64,000 nucleotides of DNA from Chloroflexota bacterium (GTDB lineage Bacteria > Chloroflexota > Dehalococcoidia > UBA2979): contig PBBA01000004.1 in NCBI GenBank assembly GCA_002716405.1, positions 2,482 through 66,481 of the forward strand, read 5' to 3'. Position 1 is the stretch's first letter. Each line of letters begins with the position of its first letter. The notes under the pieces are model-generated. The model was not told where the DNA came from. It saw only the letters and a list, made by a program, of their open reading frames with translations, and did no database searches. Both the position numbers and the translations under genes were made by a program. Shown in pieces: positions 1 through 9,105 of the stretch.

Positions 1-1
1 T

Positions 2-1288
2 CTGTTTCTGAACGACTTTTCTTCGAATAACTTAATAGCTTCATTCAAGGTATCAGGATATAAGCCATTCTATTTGAGTAGCACTTTTGCTGCTGTGGAC
101 ATGACCGTACGTATGGCTGTCCATGGCTGGCTAATACTTGAGTTGTCTAATGACTCAGAATTTTGGATCGGTATCTATGCCCTTTTGTTGGGTATTGGAC
201 AGTTCTTCTTCTCGTCTCTAGCTGGCACTCTTGCCGATCGGTTCCAACGCAGAAATCTGCTAATCATAGAAGGTACAATGAGTACATCGATTGCCTTATT
301 GATGACAGTAACCATATATTTTGAGGTGTTAGATCTCTGGATGGCCTTAGCTGTAGCATTTGTCATCGGCTGTCTACGTGCCACACGATTTACGGTAATA
401 AATCGATTCATCTACGATATTGTCGGCTCACAACGTCTGGTAAATGGCGTCTCACTCTGGCGTATATCCACTACACCAATGATGATTGGTGGTGCAATGC
501 TTGCAGGGGCATTAATCGAATGGGCAGGTATTTGGGCTGCCTATGCATTAATTACTATCAGTTTAGCTATTTCGCTTCCATTTCTTTCACTTATCCATGT
601 TACAGGAAGTATTGACCCTTCATCAGGGCACCTTCTACGGCAAACGATAGAAGGGCTAAAATATACTTCCAGAAATCCTTCACTCCGAGTGCTGTTCACT
701 GTCAGTGTTGTAATGGAGATGTTGGGGTTTGCTTTCCTCGTCATGGTACCTGTAATGGCCAAGAATGTACTCGAGGTAGATGCTTTAGGAATGGGCTTTC
801 TACAAGCGGGCATAGGAACTGGCATGTTTATAGGCACATTGTTTATGGCAACAAAAGGCGATTCTTTGAACAAACCTCGTATCGTGTTCCTAAATGCACT
901 TGGTGCAGGTATTACACTTATTGCATTCGCATTCTCAAGATCTCTACCCTTGTCAGTATTCCTAGCAGGAGCAGTTATGGCATTCCTCAATGCATATGAC
1001 CTTACCCTTGGAGTGCTTATCCAATTAGTTTCACCACCCAATATGAGAGGCAGAGCTGTCAGCCTTCATAGCTTAGCAATCTCATTTACAGCAGTTGGAG
1101 GATTCATAATGGGTGGACTTGGTAGCATTGTCGGCGTACCGATCATGATCGCCACAGGTGGGACAGGCATCATACTCAATACTCTATTTCGACGGCGTGC
1201 AATTTTAACAATTCATGAATACAACCAACATACTGAGACTTTTCTAGACAAATCTATAACAGCAAAAGATAATACCGATCATGACTAG
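2..1288 (+). CDS. MFS transporter (EntS/MFS_3-like), probably 5'-partial
   Basis: The frame has no stop between nt 2 and the TTG at 74, so the gene likely begins left of the window. The protein is multi-TM hydrophobic. It has the loop motif LAGTLADRFQRRNLL typical of MFS TM2-3. Confidence 0.8.
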   Translation: MFLNDFSSNNLIASFKVSGYKPFYLSSTFAAVDMTVRMAVHGWLILELSNDSEFWIGIYALLLGIGQFFFSSLAGTLADRFQRRNLLIIEGTMSTSIALLMTVTIYFEVLDLWMALAVAFVIGCLRATRFTVINRFIYDIVGSQRLVNGVSLWRISTTPMMIGGAMLAGALIEWAGIWAAYALITISLAISLPFLSLIHVTGSIDPSSGHLLRQTIEGLKYTSRNPSLRVLFTVSVVMEMLGFAFLVMVPVMAKNVLEVDALGMGFLQAGIGTGMFIGTLFMATKGDSLNKPRIVFLNALGAGITLIAFAFSRSLPLSVFLAGAVMAFLNAYDLTLGVLIQLVSPPNMRGRAVSLHSLAISFTAVGGFIMGGLGSIVGVPIMIATGGTGIILNTLFRRRAILTIHEYNQHTETFLDKSITAKDNTDHD

Positions 1289-1305
1289 ATAAAGAAAAAA
1301 TAAGT

Positions 1306-2283
1306 ATGATCCTAGATAATAAAATAAATAATCAAGAAGTCATTATACTTGATGGGGCAACTGGTAGTGAAATTGCAAGGTGGGGTGCGCCGATGGATTC
1401 CGCTGCTTGGTGTGGAGTTGCGAACAAGACCCACCCTGACATAGTTCGCCAAGTACATGAAGAGTATATTCTCGCTGGGGCAGATATAATTACGGCCAAT
1501 ACTTTTTCTACTAGCCGTCACGTTTTGGCGAGCGCAGGCCTTGCTGATGAAACTGTCAGCATCAATGCAAGGGCAGTAGAATTGGCACGTGAAGCTATCA
1601 ACAATGTATCACCTGAACGACCTGTTGCTATTGCCGGTTCAATGTCTAACATGACTGCGTGGATCCCAGGTACTGTAAGTCCTGACCCACGATTTATTCC
1701 AACACCAGAAGAAGAGTTTAACAACTACCAAGAAATTGCTCAAACACTGGCTAAATCTGGTGTGGATTTGATTTTGATGGAGATGATGAGAGATATTGAT
1801 AAGTCAAGTCTAGCAATATCTGCTGCTGTTGAAACAGGATTACCAGTGTGGATTGGTACTAGTTGCACACTACGCGATGATGGAAGTGTCTCTGCTTGGG
1901 ATCAACATTTTGAAGAACCAGCCGAAAGGCTTTCACCCAATCACTTCAAGGAAGAAGATAGATCCTATGACACCTTAATAGAGGCAATGCTCTCGTTTCA
2001 ACCCCAAGTGATGGGAGTTATGCACAGCACCATAGAAACAACAAATGTAGCACTTCAGATTCTCTTTGCGCATTGGCAGGGTTTAGTCATGGCTTACGCT
2101 GAAACTTCTTCTGAAGTGAGGAGAGGGATTAGTCAAAAGGTCGAACCAGCAATTTTCGCGACACATTGTCGAAATTGGGTTGAAAATGGTGTGCAAATTA
2201 TAGGTGGATGCTGTGGGACTACCATTGAACACATACATGCCATGGTCGATGAATTATCAGATATTATAGGTGTTCGTCACTAA
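1306..2283 (+). CDS. Homocysteine S-methyltransferase family protein (MmuM/BHMT-like)
   Basis: Motifs DGATGSEI and ANTFSTSR, plus the C-terminal zinc-ligand pair GGCCGTT, match the S-methyl_trans domain. Confidence 0.85.
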   Translation: MILDNKINNQEVIILDGATGSEIARWGAPMDSAAWCGVANKTHPDIVRQVHEEYILAGADIITANTFSTSRHVLASAGLADETVSINARAVELAREAINNVSPERPVAIAGSMSNMTAWIPGTVSPDPRFIPTPEEEFNNYQEIAQTLAKSGVDLILMEMMRDIDKSSLAISAAVETGLPVWIGTSCTLRDDGSVSAWDQHFEEPAERLSPNHFKEEDRSYDTLIEAMLSFQPQVMGVMHSTIETTNVALQILFAHWQGLVMAYAETSSEVRRGISQKVEPAIFATHCRNWVENGVQIIGGCCGTTIEHIHAMVDELSDIIGVRH

Positions 2284-2450
2284 TTATTTGAATCCTTCTA
2301 ATTACATTAATTTCTATCTACCTAAACTATCTAATATCTTTTGAATTTCAGCATTATAGAGTGCAATTAGATGGATATTATGAGTACGATACTTATTGCA
2401 CTGCTGGTTTATTTATCAGTAGTAAGTTGCTCCGAGAGAGAAATAAAAGT

Positions 2451-2645
2451 ATGTCTAGACTCACACTAACTGGAATAATATTCATTATTTTAGGAATAAT
2501 ATCTCTAATTATTCAAAATACTTTTTATGGGTATTTAGATGCAGATGGAGTGCTCCATGATAGCTTATTTCTACCTCTCACTTTTATATTTGCATTAATA
2601 GGTTTAATTATCGTAATGATAGATCTATTCCTTAAGGTTCGCTAA
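2451..2645 (+). CDS. Small two-TM membrane protein (hypothetical)
   Basis: The track ORF starts at GTG 2361. An internal ATG at 2451 precedes two clear hydrophobic helices (LTGIIFIILGIISLII and LPLTFIFALIGLIIVMI). No recognisable family. Confidence 0.4.
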   Translation: MSRLTLTGIIFIILGIISLIIQNTFYGYLDADGVLHDSLFLPLTFIFALIGLIIVMIDLFLKVR

Positions 2646-2752
2646 GAAACATCTTTTTCAATATCCTTTATAGATCTTATAGTTATTCGATTGACAAATT
2701 ATCTATAAATATGAGTAACTAAGTCAACATTAGCTCGCAACAGGAGAAATTA

Positions 2753-3832
2753 ATGTCACTCAATGTAGTTGGAATGATTGGTGCGAACCCCAGCAAAGGT
2801 GATACACCTGTCTCTATTATAGGTGGTGGTATTGATGTAGATTACCTAAACCGCTTCACACAAGCTCATGAAAAAAGTGCATTCGATGCCGTACTAGTTG
2901 GATATAGATCTGATTCTGCGGAAAGCTTTGCAGTAGCACAAGCTGCAGCTGCAGCTACTAAACAGATAAAATTCCTCGTAGCACATCGTCCTGGTTTTGT
3001 TGCTCCGACATTGGCAGCACGTAGAGCATCAACTGTTGACATCTTCACAGGTGGACGTATTGGTGTACATTTCATTACAGGAGGAAGTGATGCAGAACAA
3101 AGAAAAGATGGCGACTTCTTAGAACATGATGATCGTTATAGACGTACCGATGAATATCTAACTGTCTTCCGCAAAGCACTCAGACAGGATTCATTCAATC
3201 ATAGTGGCACATACTACCAATTGGAGAATGCCTCAAGTGCGGTGCAATCCCATCAAGAACCTTCAATCCCTATCTACTTCGGGGGTAGCTCTGACATCGC
3301 CTTAGATATTGGTGCACGGCAAGCTGATGTCTATATGTTTTGGGGAGAGCCAAGGGCAGCAATTCAACAACAGATAGAAGATCTGAATATCCGTGCTACA
3401 AGCCATGGAAGAAATCTCGAATATAGTGTGTCATTCAGACCGGTAATCGAAGATACAGAATCCTTAGCATGGGAAAAGGCACGCGAATTCTTAAATGCAG
3501 TTGAGTCTAATTTAGCATCGAACCCTATACCAAAAAGATCATCAATTGGTTCAAAAAGATTACTGGATTTTGCTAATCAATCTGATCTCCATGATGAACG
3601 TTTATGGATGCCTCTTGCTGCAGCCACTGGAGCTTCAGGTAACACTTCAGCTCTAGTTGGGACAGCAGAACAAGTAGCTGATTCACTTCTGAAATATTAT
3701 GAATTAGGAGTAGGTACTGTTCTTATTCGTGGTTGGGATCCTTTTCAAGATGCCATCGATTACGGTAAAGAATTGATACCAATCTTGAAATATGAAAGTT
3801 CAAAAGTTCGGGAGGTAGTCAAAAATATTTAA
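2753..3832 (+). CDS. FMNH2-dependent luciferase-like monooxygenase, SsuD/alkanesulfonate-monooxygenase-like
   Basis: Collinear with E. coli SsuD as I recall it: KFLVAHRPG...PT.AAR...T.D, FITGG, YFGGSSD, WGEP and ALVGT..QVA. RBS-like AGGAGA lies upstream. Confidence 0.75.
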   Translation: MSLNVVGMIGANPSKGDTPVSIIGGGIDVDYLNRFTQAHEKSAFDAVLVGYRSDSAESFAVAQAAAAATKQIKFLVAHRPGFVAPTLAARRASTVDIFTGGRIGVHFITGGSDAEQRKDGDFLEHDDRYRRTDEYLTVFRKALRQDSFNHSGTYYQLENASSAVQSHQEPSIPIYFGGSSDIALDIGARQADVYMFWGEPRAAIQQQIEDLNIRATSHGRNLEYSVSFRPVIEDTESLAWEKAREFLNAVESNLASNPIPKRSSIGSKRLLDFANQSDLHDERLWMPLAAATGASGNTSALVGTAEQVADSLLKYYELGVGTVLIRGWDPFQDAIDYGKELIPILKYESSKVREVVKNI

Positions 3833-3834
3833 TC

Positions 3835-4380
3835 CTATGTACTTGATAACTCCAAAATTTTTGTTCTAAATAAATCCTGCCCATGACTGATATTCTTACC
3901 CCAACTTTCTGATGCATTCTCATCAGCATTATCCGAAATGTATTTAAAACATAAAAAATCAACATTTTTATAAAAGCAAACTTTTGCAATAGCATAAGCT
4001 TCCATATCAACCAAATCAGTATCCAATTGCGGTAATTCAGTAACAAAACTATCACCACTACCACAGGAAAAACCTTCCCGTCCAAATGAAATTTCCGAAA
4101 TTTCATCAAACGGAGTTTTACCTACTTCTAATCCTAAAGCAGAAACATCCATATCTCTTTGAAAAAAACTTGATACCTCCACAAGTCCCTTTAAATCACG
4201 CCTTAAACTACCTGCTGTTCCATAATTTATGATGGTTTTTGGAGAAAATTGATGGATTAATTCACTGGTCTTAAATGCCGCATTTACTTTACCGACCCCT
4301 GTATATTCGATGTGAAAATTAGGTAATACCATCTGTGGCAACTCTTTCTCAAGTGCTACCAAAACAATCACCTTATCCAT
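3835..4380 (-). CDS. Short MTA/SAH nucleosidase-like (Pfs/MtnN, PNP_UDP_1 family)
   Basis: Motifs GVGKVNAA, NYGTAGS, SGDSF, DMEAYAIAKVC and ISDNAD are collinear with Pfs. At 181 aa it is shorter than E. coli Pfs. Confidence 0.7.
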   Translation of the reverse strand: MDKVIVLVALEKELPQMVLPNFHIEYTGVGKVNAAFKTSELIHQFSPKTIINYGTAGSLRRDLKGLVEVSSFFQRDMDVSALGLEVGKTPFDEISEISFGREGFSCGSGDSFVTELPQLDTDLVDMEAYAIAKVCFYKNVDFLCFKYISDNADENASESWGKNISHGQDLFRTKILELSST

Positions 4381-4401
4381 AACAATATTCTTCCAATTCA
4401 G

Positions 4402-5349
4402 CTAATTAATGCCTCTTAGAACTTCAATATGATCAGGACCAATGCCGCAACACCCCCCAATAATTTGAACCCCACTATCTTTCCATTTTTGTGCATAATC
4501 TTGAAATATAGAAGGTTCAATAATATCGACAAACTGCCAACTAGGTCTTTGAAAATAACCACAATTGGGATAGACACCTATTGCACCGTCCCAATACTTT
4601 TTTAAAGCTTCTATCCCCAAAGTTGTATCATCAACATTACTATGCATGATGTGAATAGATGCAGCATCATATTTTGTGACCGCTTCTAAGGTTTCATCAA
4701 AACTTCTATTAAGATCATCGTACATATACAATTTTTCTGCAGTTCTTAATGAACTTGAGGCAATATTCCCATCTTTTCCACTTCTGCAGCTCATTCCAAT
4801 CCAAACATCTACACCAGCCTTCATAGACTCCTCAATCGCGGGAATTGCCACCTCAGGCTCTTGCATCATTTCAAGCATGATGAGATCGGCACCAGCCTCA
4901 ACTAATATTTCGCTTTGTTCTCTATACGTTGCTCTTAATCGAGCTGGTTGAGACCATTTAGAAGCTAGACCCATACCGTCTGCAAGGAAATCGGAAATAG
5001 AACCAGCAATAGCAATTTCTGTCATACCAGTTTCACGAATTGCTTCCTTCGCAATATCGACCGCAGCTGTATTAATTGCTCTAACTTCATCTCCAAACCC
5101 TGCCGGTTCAAGCACTTGGCGAGAGGCGGCAAAAGTATTGGTGATCAAGACTTCAGCACCTGCAAAAATATAATCTTTATGAATTGATTTAAGAACTTCA
5201 CTATGAGTAGTTACTGAAGGACTACACCAAGCATTTTCATCCATAGGTACACCACGGCGCTCTAATTCTGAACCAGTAGCACCATCAAGAATAATTTGTC
5301 CACCATCACTTAATCGTTCCCTAAGCCAAGATGGTGTTGCCATAATCAA
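4402..5349 (-). CDS. Homocysteine S-methyltransferase family protein (second paralog)
   Basis: Motifs DGATGSELERRG, TNTFAASR and GGCCGIGPDHI. Paralog of 1306-2283. Confidence 0.85.
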   Translation of the reverse strand: MIMATPSWLRERLSDGGQIILDGATGSELERRGVPMDENAWCSPSVTTHSEVLKSIHKDYIFAGAEVLITNTFAASRQVLEPAGFGDEVRAINTAAVDIAKEAIRETGMTEIAIAGSISDFLADGMGLASKWSQPARLRATYREQSEILVEAGADLIMLEMMQEPEVAIPAIEESMKAGVDVWIGMSCRSGKDGNIASSSLRTAEKLYMYDDLNRSFDETLEAVTKYDAASIHIMHSNVDDTTLGIEALKKYWDGAIGVYPNCGYFQRPSWQFVDIIEPSIFQDYAQKWKDSGVQIIGGCCGIGPDHIEVLRGIN

Positions 5350-5357
5350 ACCTCATA

Positions 5358-6323
5358 CTATTCACTCAATTCAGGAATAACCCAAAGAGGATCATCACCC
5401 CGTGCAACTCTCTGTACATTATCAAACCCATTACGAACACGCGCTGAAAAACTTTCAAAAGTTGGCCCTGCTAAATGTGCAGTGAGAATAACATTTCCAA
5501 GTCGAAATAAAGGATTATCTTCAGGAGGTGGCTCTTGCTCAAAGACGTCTAATCCAGCTCCAGATATTATCCCCTCTGCAAGCGCTTTATATAGAGCAAA
5601 TTCATCAACAATTGGACCGCGCGCAGTATTTATTAGAATAGAATCGGATTTCATCAAAGCTAATTCATCCGCACCTACCATATGGTGAGTTGATGAATTA
5701 TATGGAACATGTAGTGAAATGATGTCGGAATTTAGAAAAATTTCACTCAAAAGATTAAATTTGACTCCTAATGCATCTTCCTCATCTTCAGTCAGGCGAT
5801 CGATATCATAGTAGTTGACTTTCATACCAAAGGCTAAAGCACGGCGAGCAGTTTTTTTTCCGATAGTTCCTAGTCCAATAATCCCTAATGTTTTACCACT
5901 TATTTCATGCACACGAGGAGTGACTTCACCACGCCATTTGCCTGCAGTAACAGTTGTATGCTGTTCAACTAACTTACGTGAAACAGCAAGCATTAACATT
6001 AATGCATGCTCGGAAACTGCTATTGAATTTGCACCTCCGTTATTAGCAATTGGTATAGCGTATTGTTTTGCAGCTTGAATATCAGCTTTATCATATCCTG
6101 CACTCAGTAATTGGATTAAACGAAGATGTTGGGCTTCTTGATACAGCTTTTCATTTACCAGACTATCAACAAAACCAACCAAATATTCTGCATCAGTAAG
6201 TGCTTCCTTATACGCGCTACTATGAGCCTCTGCAATTACAAGATTAAATCCAGATGGTGCTATCGAACGAGCTTCATCAGCAGCATCAGGAAAATCAGTT
6301 ACAAAAACAATCTTAGGATTCAT
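5358..6323 (-). CDS. D-isomer-specific 2-hydroxyacid dehydrogenase (NAD-binding)
   Basis: Rossmann motif GIIGLGTIGKKTARRA. The catalytic region has NTARG and a C-terminal H in TAHLAG. Confidence 0.85.
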   Translation of the reverse strand: MNPKIVFVTDFPDAADEARSIAPSGFNLVIAEAHSSAYKEALTDAEYLVGFVDSLVNEKLYQEAQHLRLIQLLSAGYDKADIQAAKQYAIPIANNGGANSIAVSEHALMLMLAVSRKLVEQHTTVTAGKWRGEVTPRVHEISGKTLGIIGLGTIGKKTARRALAFGMKVNYYDIDRLTEDEEDALGVKFNLLSEIFLNSDIISLHVPYNSSTHHMVGADELALMKSDSILINTARGPIVDEFALYKALAEGIISGAGLDVFEQEPPPEDNPLFRLGNVILTAHLAGPTFESFSARVRNGFDNVQRVARGDDPLWVIPELSE

Positions 6324-6431
6324 TATGCCTCCTGAACCACATTAAATGGATACCAAGTTTACAATTAATGACACGTTTGTAATTAAGGTTTTTTATACCT
6401 TACGATAATTTTTTTCAGTAAAGTAACACTT

Positions 6432-7037
6432 ATGCATAGAATAAATAGTATTGAAGAATTAGCACACCATGAAGCTTCACATGCTGTTGTTAACTACTAT
6501 TTCAATCATCCCGTAAGAAGACTTGACCTCACAACATACGATGAAAATTCACCAACGGTCTTTGAATACATACCCATATACGGTGAAAACCGGATGTTTA
6601 CAAAAAATGATGGAAAAGAATATGAATATATAGCTAACCAATCAATTATCGCACTTATGGCAGGGGGACTAGGTGGGCAGCTAGCAACAGGTCAATTTAA
6701 TACTGATGGTTGTATTAATGATTTGAGAAAAGCAAGAGAACTCATTTCATACTTACTGTCAAAAGACAACGAAATAGCCAGTGAAAATAAAATGCGATCT
6801 CTTTTCGGACAGTGCCTTGGAGAAGCGAAGGAATTAATTGAACAAACACCTCATATTCAAAAACAAATCTCAGCTTTAGCTAGTTCATTATTAGAAAAAA
6901 AACAACTTTCAGGTACAGAAGCTATCAATATAATTAATGCTTCTACCCCTGAAATTGTTAATCGATCAAAAGACGCTATTCCAGAAGTCGAAATCCAAGA
7001 AAGACGTATGTATAGTACTGAAAACCACTACGCGTAA
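6432..7037 (+). CDS. Stand-alone FtsH-like (peptidase M41-like) zinc metalloprotease domain protein
   Basis: HEXXH motif (HHEASHAVV, compare FtsH HEAGHA). Downstream GG..A.G....G..NDL.KA resembles the M41 core. No AAA+ module and no TM segment. Confidence 0.5.
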   Translation: MHRINSIEELAHHEASHAVVNYYFNHPVRRLDLTTYDENSPTVFEYIPIYGENRMFTKNDGKEYEYIANQSIIALMAGGLGGQLATGQFNTDGCINDLRKARELISYLLSKDNEIASENKMRSLFGQCLGEAKELIEQTPHIQKQISALASSLLEKKQLSGTEAINIINASTPEIVNRSKDAIPEVEIQERRMYSTENHYA

Positions 7038-7111
7038 GTGTCAGAACAGCAATACTATTGCTTTCTTTAACAGGACAGTTACTATGCGTACATATGTGAG
7101 AAGAGGCTACC

Positions 7112-7918
7112 ATGGACTTTGAAGATTTATTATTTGAAAAAGACGGTGATGTCGCAATTATTACTCTTAATAGACCCGATAGAATGAATGCTATGAGTGC
7201 AGCAATGACCCAAGGAATGTTAGATTTAGTCCGTGAAATGGGAAAAAATTCAGATATAAAAGTAATCGTACTGACTGGTGCTGGACGCGGATTTTGCGTC
7301 GGAGCAGACGTTAGTAATTTATCAAAAATTACTGGTGCTGATGGAAAAGAACCTGAACCGAGACCTGTAACATTGCCTCACTCTTGGGAAAGCGCTCAAT
7401 TGGTTTTTGCACAGTGTGACAAACCAATTATCGGTGCAATTAATGGATATGCTGTTGGTGCCGGTTTTGGATTGGCACTTACACCAGATATACGTATCGC
7501 ATCTGCTGATGCAAAGTTTGGTGTTTTACAAACAAAACGTGGCCGGCGACCAGATGGTGGCTTAAATTTCAGACTCCCGAGAATAGTTGGTGTACAAAAA
7601 GCCTTGGAGTTAATGTGGACAGGTGAAATGATCGATGCGGAAGAAGCCTTAAGATTAGGACTTGTATTAAGAGTGGTAGAACACGACGATCTCATGGAGG
7701 AAACACTCAAATTTGCACATGAAATTGCGAAAGGGCCATCGATTGCACAGGCATTAGCAAAACGGATGGTATATAAAACAATGTTCCCAGAGTCAGATCA
7801 CATCGCAGCAGCAGAAATGGAATATTACACAGGAATTCTTATCAACAGCACAGAAGATGCTAAAGAAGGAGTTCGAGCATTCGTTGAAAGACGTGATCCA
7901 GAGTTCAAGGGGAGGTAA
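7112..7918 (+). CDS. Enoyl-CoA hydratase/isomerase (crotonase) family
   Basis: ITLNRPDRMNA, LTGAGRGFCVGADV, INGYAVGAGFGLAL and the C-terminal EGVRAFVERRDPEF are classic crotonase features. Confidence 0.9.
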   Translation: MDFEDLLFEKDGDVAIITLNRPDRMNAMSAAMTQGMLDLVREMGKNSDIKVIVLTGAGRGFCVGADVSNLSKITGADGKEPEPRPVTLPHSWESAQLVFAQCDKPIIGAINGYAVGAGFGLALTPDIRIASADAKFGVLQTKRGRRPDGGLNFRLPRIVGVQKALELMWTGEMIDAEEALRLGLVLRVVEHDDLMEETLKFAHEIAKGPSIAQALAKRMVYKTMFPESDHIAAAEMEYYTGILINSTEDAKEGVRAFVERRDPEFKGR

Positions 7919-7941
7919 TCCTAATTTTAAGATCCACTACC

Positions 7942-9087
7942 TTAAGTACTAAATCTTTCAGGACGGAATTCTTTCAGTAACGGGTCGGGCTTGTTACCAA
8001 GAACTTCTTCTGCAACTAACCTACCAATCAAAGGGCCCATCGTAACCGCACTATGGGTCACTGCGACGTAGGCATTTTTATATTGCGGTAGTAAACCTGC
8101 AACAGTAAATCCATCAGCAGGTATCGGACGAACACCTAAATGAGCTTTTGCAATTTCTGTATTCTCTAACGCAGGAAGTACAGATTTTGCAAGATCATGT
8201 AACTCATATGCAAATGAAGGTATTGGATCAACGATGGACTTTTCATCGACGGCCATATCATATAAATCAGCACCTATTCGAATCCCACCTGAAATATCTG
8301 GACGTAAATGACAAGAGATATCATCTTTCGCTACATTGGCTGTATATGCGGCACGACCATGATGAACAACACGAGACAATGTCTCTGGAGGAACAGGGGA
8401 AGTCACAATTAAAAATCCTGGTTTACGATTAACGGGCACTGGAACTTGTATCGAATCAGCTAACAAACCTGTAGATACACCTGCACATATAATTACCGAC
8501 CCAGCTGAAAAATTCCCGCTTGTAGTTTTGATGTCTGTTACTACATCACCATTTTTGTCGAAACCAAGTACAGAAACATTTTCAAAAACATCGACATTCC
8601 CAACGGAATCATCTAACAAGGCATTGATCACTTGAGGAGGATCTACCCAAGCTTCATCATTACAGAACAAAATTTGCTCGGCGATTTCTGGGAATTTAAT
8701 ACAAGGTTCGAGTTGTTGAGCTTGTCCTCTATCCATCATTTCTACAGCATAATTAAGGGAGGTCAGGGTATTATATCGGTTAACAAGAAAATCATCATCA
8801 GCCTTCGATGCGACCCAATAAAGTGAGCCTGTGCGGTGTACATCTACCGCATGTACTCGTTCTTCCAATGAAGAATATTCCTTCATGCCTGCAACATTTA
8901 AGTCATGATAAGGCCCTGGATCTTTCCCATGTGAATTTAGCCATGCAAAACTATTATTACTTGCAGCTTTAGCAATAGTATTAGCTTCTAATAAGGCCAC
9001 TTTCTGACCTGCACGGGCAAGGTTATAAGTAGTAGTAACGCCAAGAATACCACCACCAATTACAATAGCATCGTATGCATCAACCAT
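7942..9087 (-). CDS. FAD-dependent oxidoreductase (DAO/glycine-D-amino-acid oxidase family)
   Basis: N-terminal dinucleotide fold DAIVIGGGILGVTTTYNLARAGQKVALLE. Length and C-terminal H.G...G fit the DAO family. Confidence 0.8.
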   Translation of the reverse strand: MVDAYDAIVIGGGILGVTTTYNLARAGQKVALLEANTIAKAASNNSFAWLNSHGKDPGPYHDLNVAGMKEYSSLEERVHAVDVHRTGSLYWVASKADDDFLVNRYNTLTSLNYAVEMMDRGQAQQLEPCIKFPEIAEQILFCNDEAWVDPPQVINALLDDSVGNVDVFENVSVLGFDKNGDVVTDIKTTSGNFSAGSVIICAGVSTGLLADSIQVPVPVNRKPGFLIVTSPVPPETLSRVVHHGRAAYTANVAKDDISCHLRPDISGGIRIGADLYDMAVDEKSIVDPIPSFAYELHDLAKSVLPALENTEIAKAHLGVRPIPADGFTVAGLLPQYKNAYVAVTHSAVTMGPLIGRLVAEEVLGNKPDPLLKEFRPERFST

Positions 9088-9105
9088 TCTTTTCTCCTAT
9101 CCGCT

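Noticed and set aside
541-1041. 166-aa minus-strand ORF. Many similar antisense ORFs appear in the track, for example 7396-7710, 10633-10938, 19810-20145, 21101-21460, 22275-22712, 23583-23909, 40073-40432, 43156-43533, 51785-52129 and 53969-54265.
   Set aside because: Each lies entirely inside a longer opposite-strand gene with clear family motifs. Their compositions are biased (Ser/Pro/Ile-rich) as expected for antisense frames.
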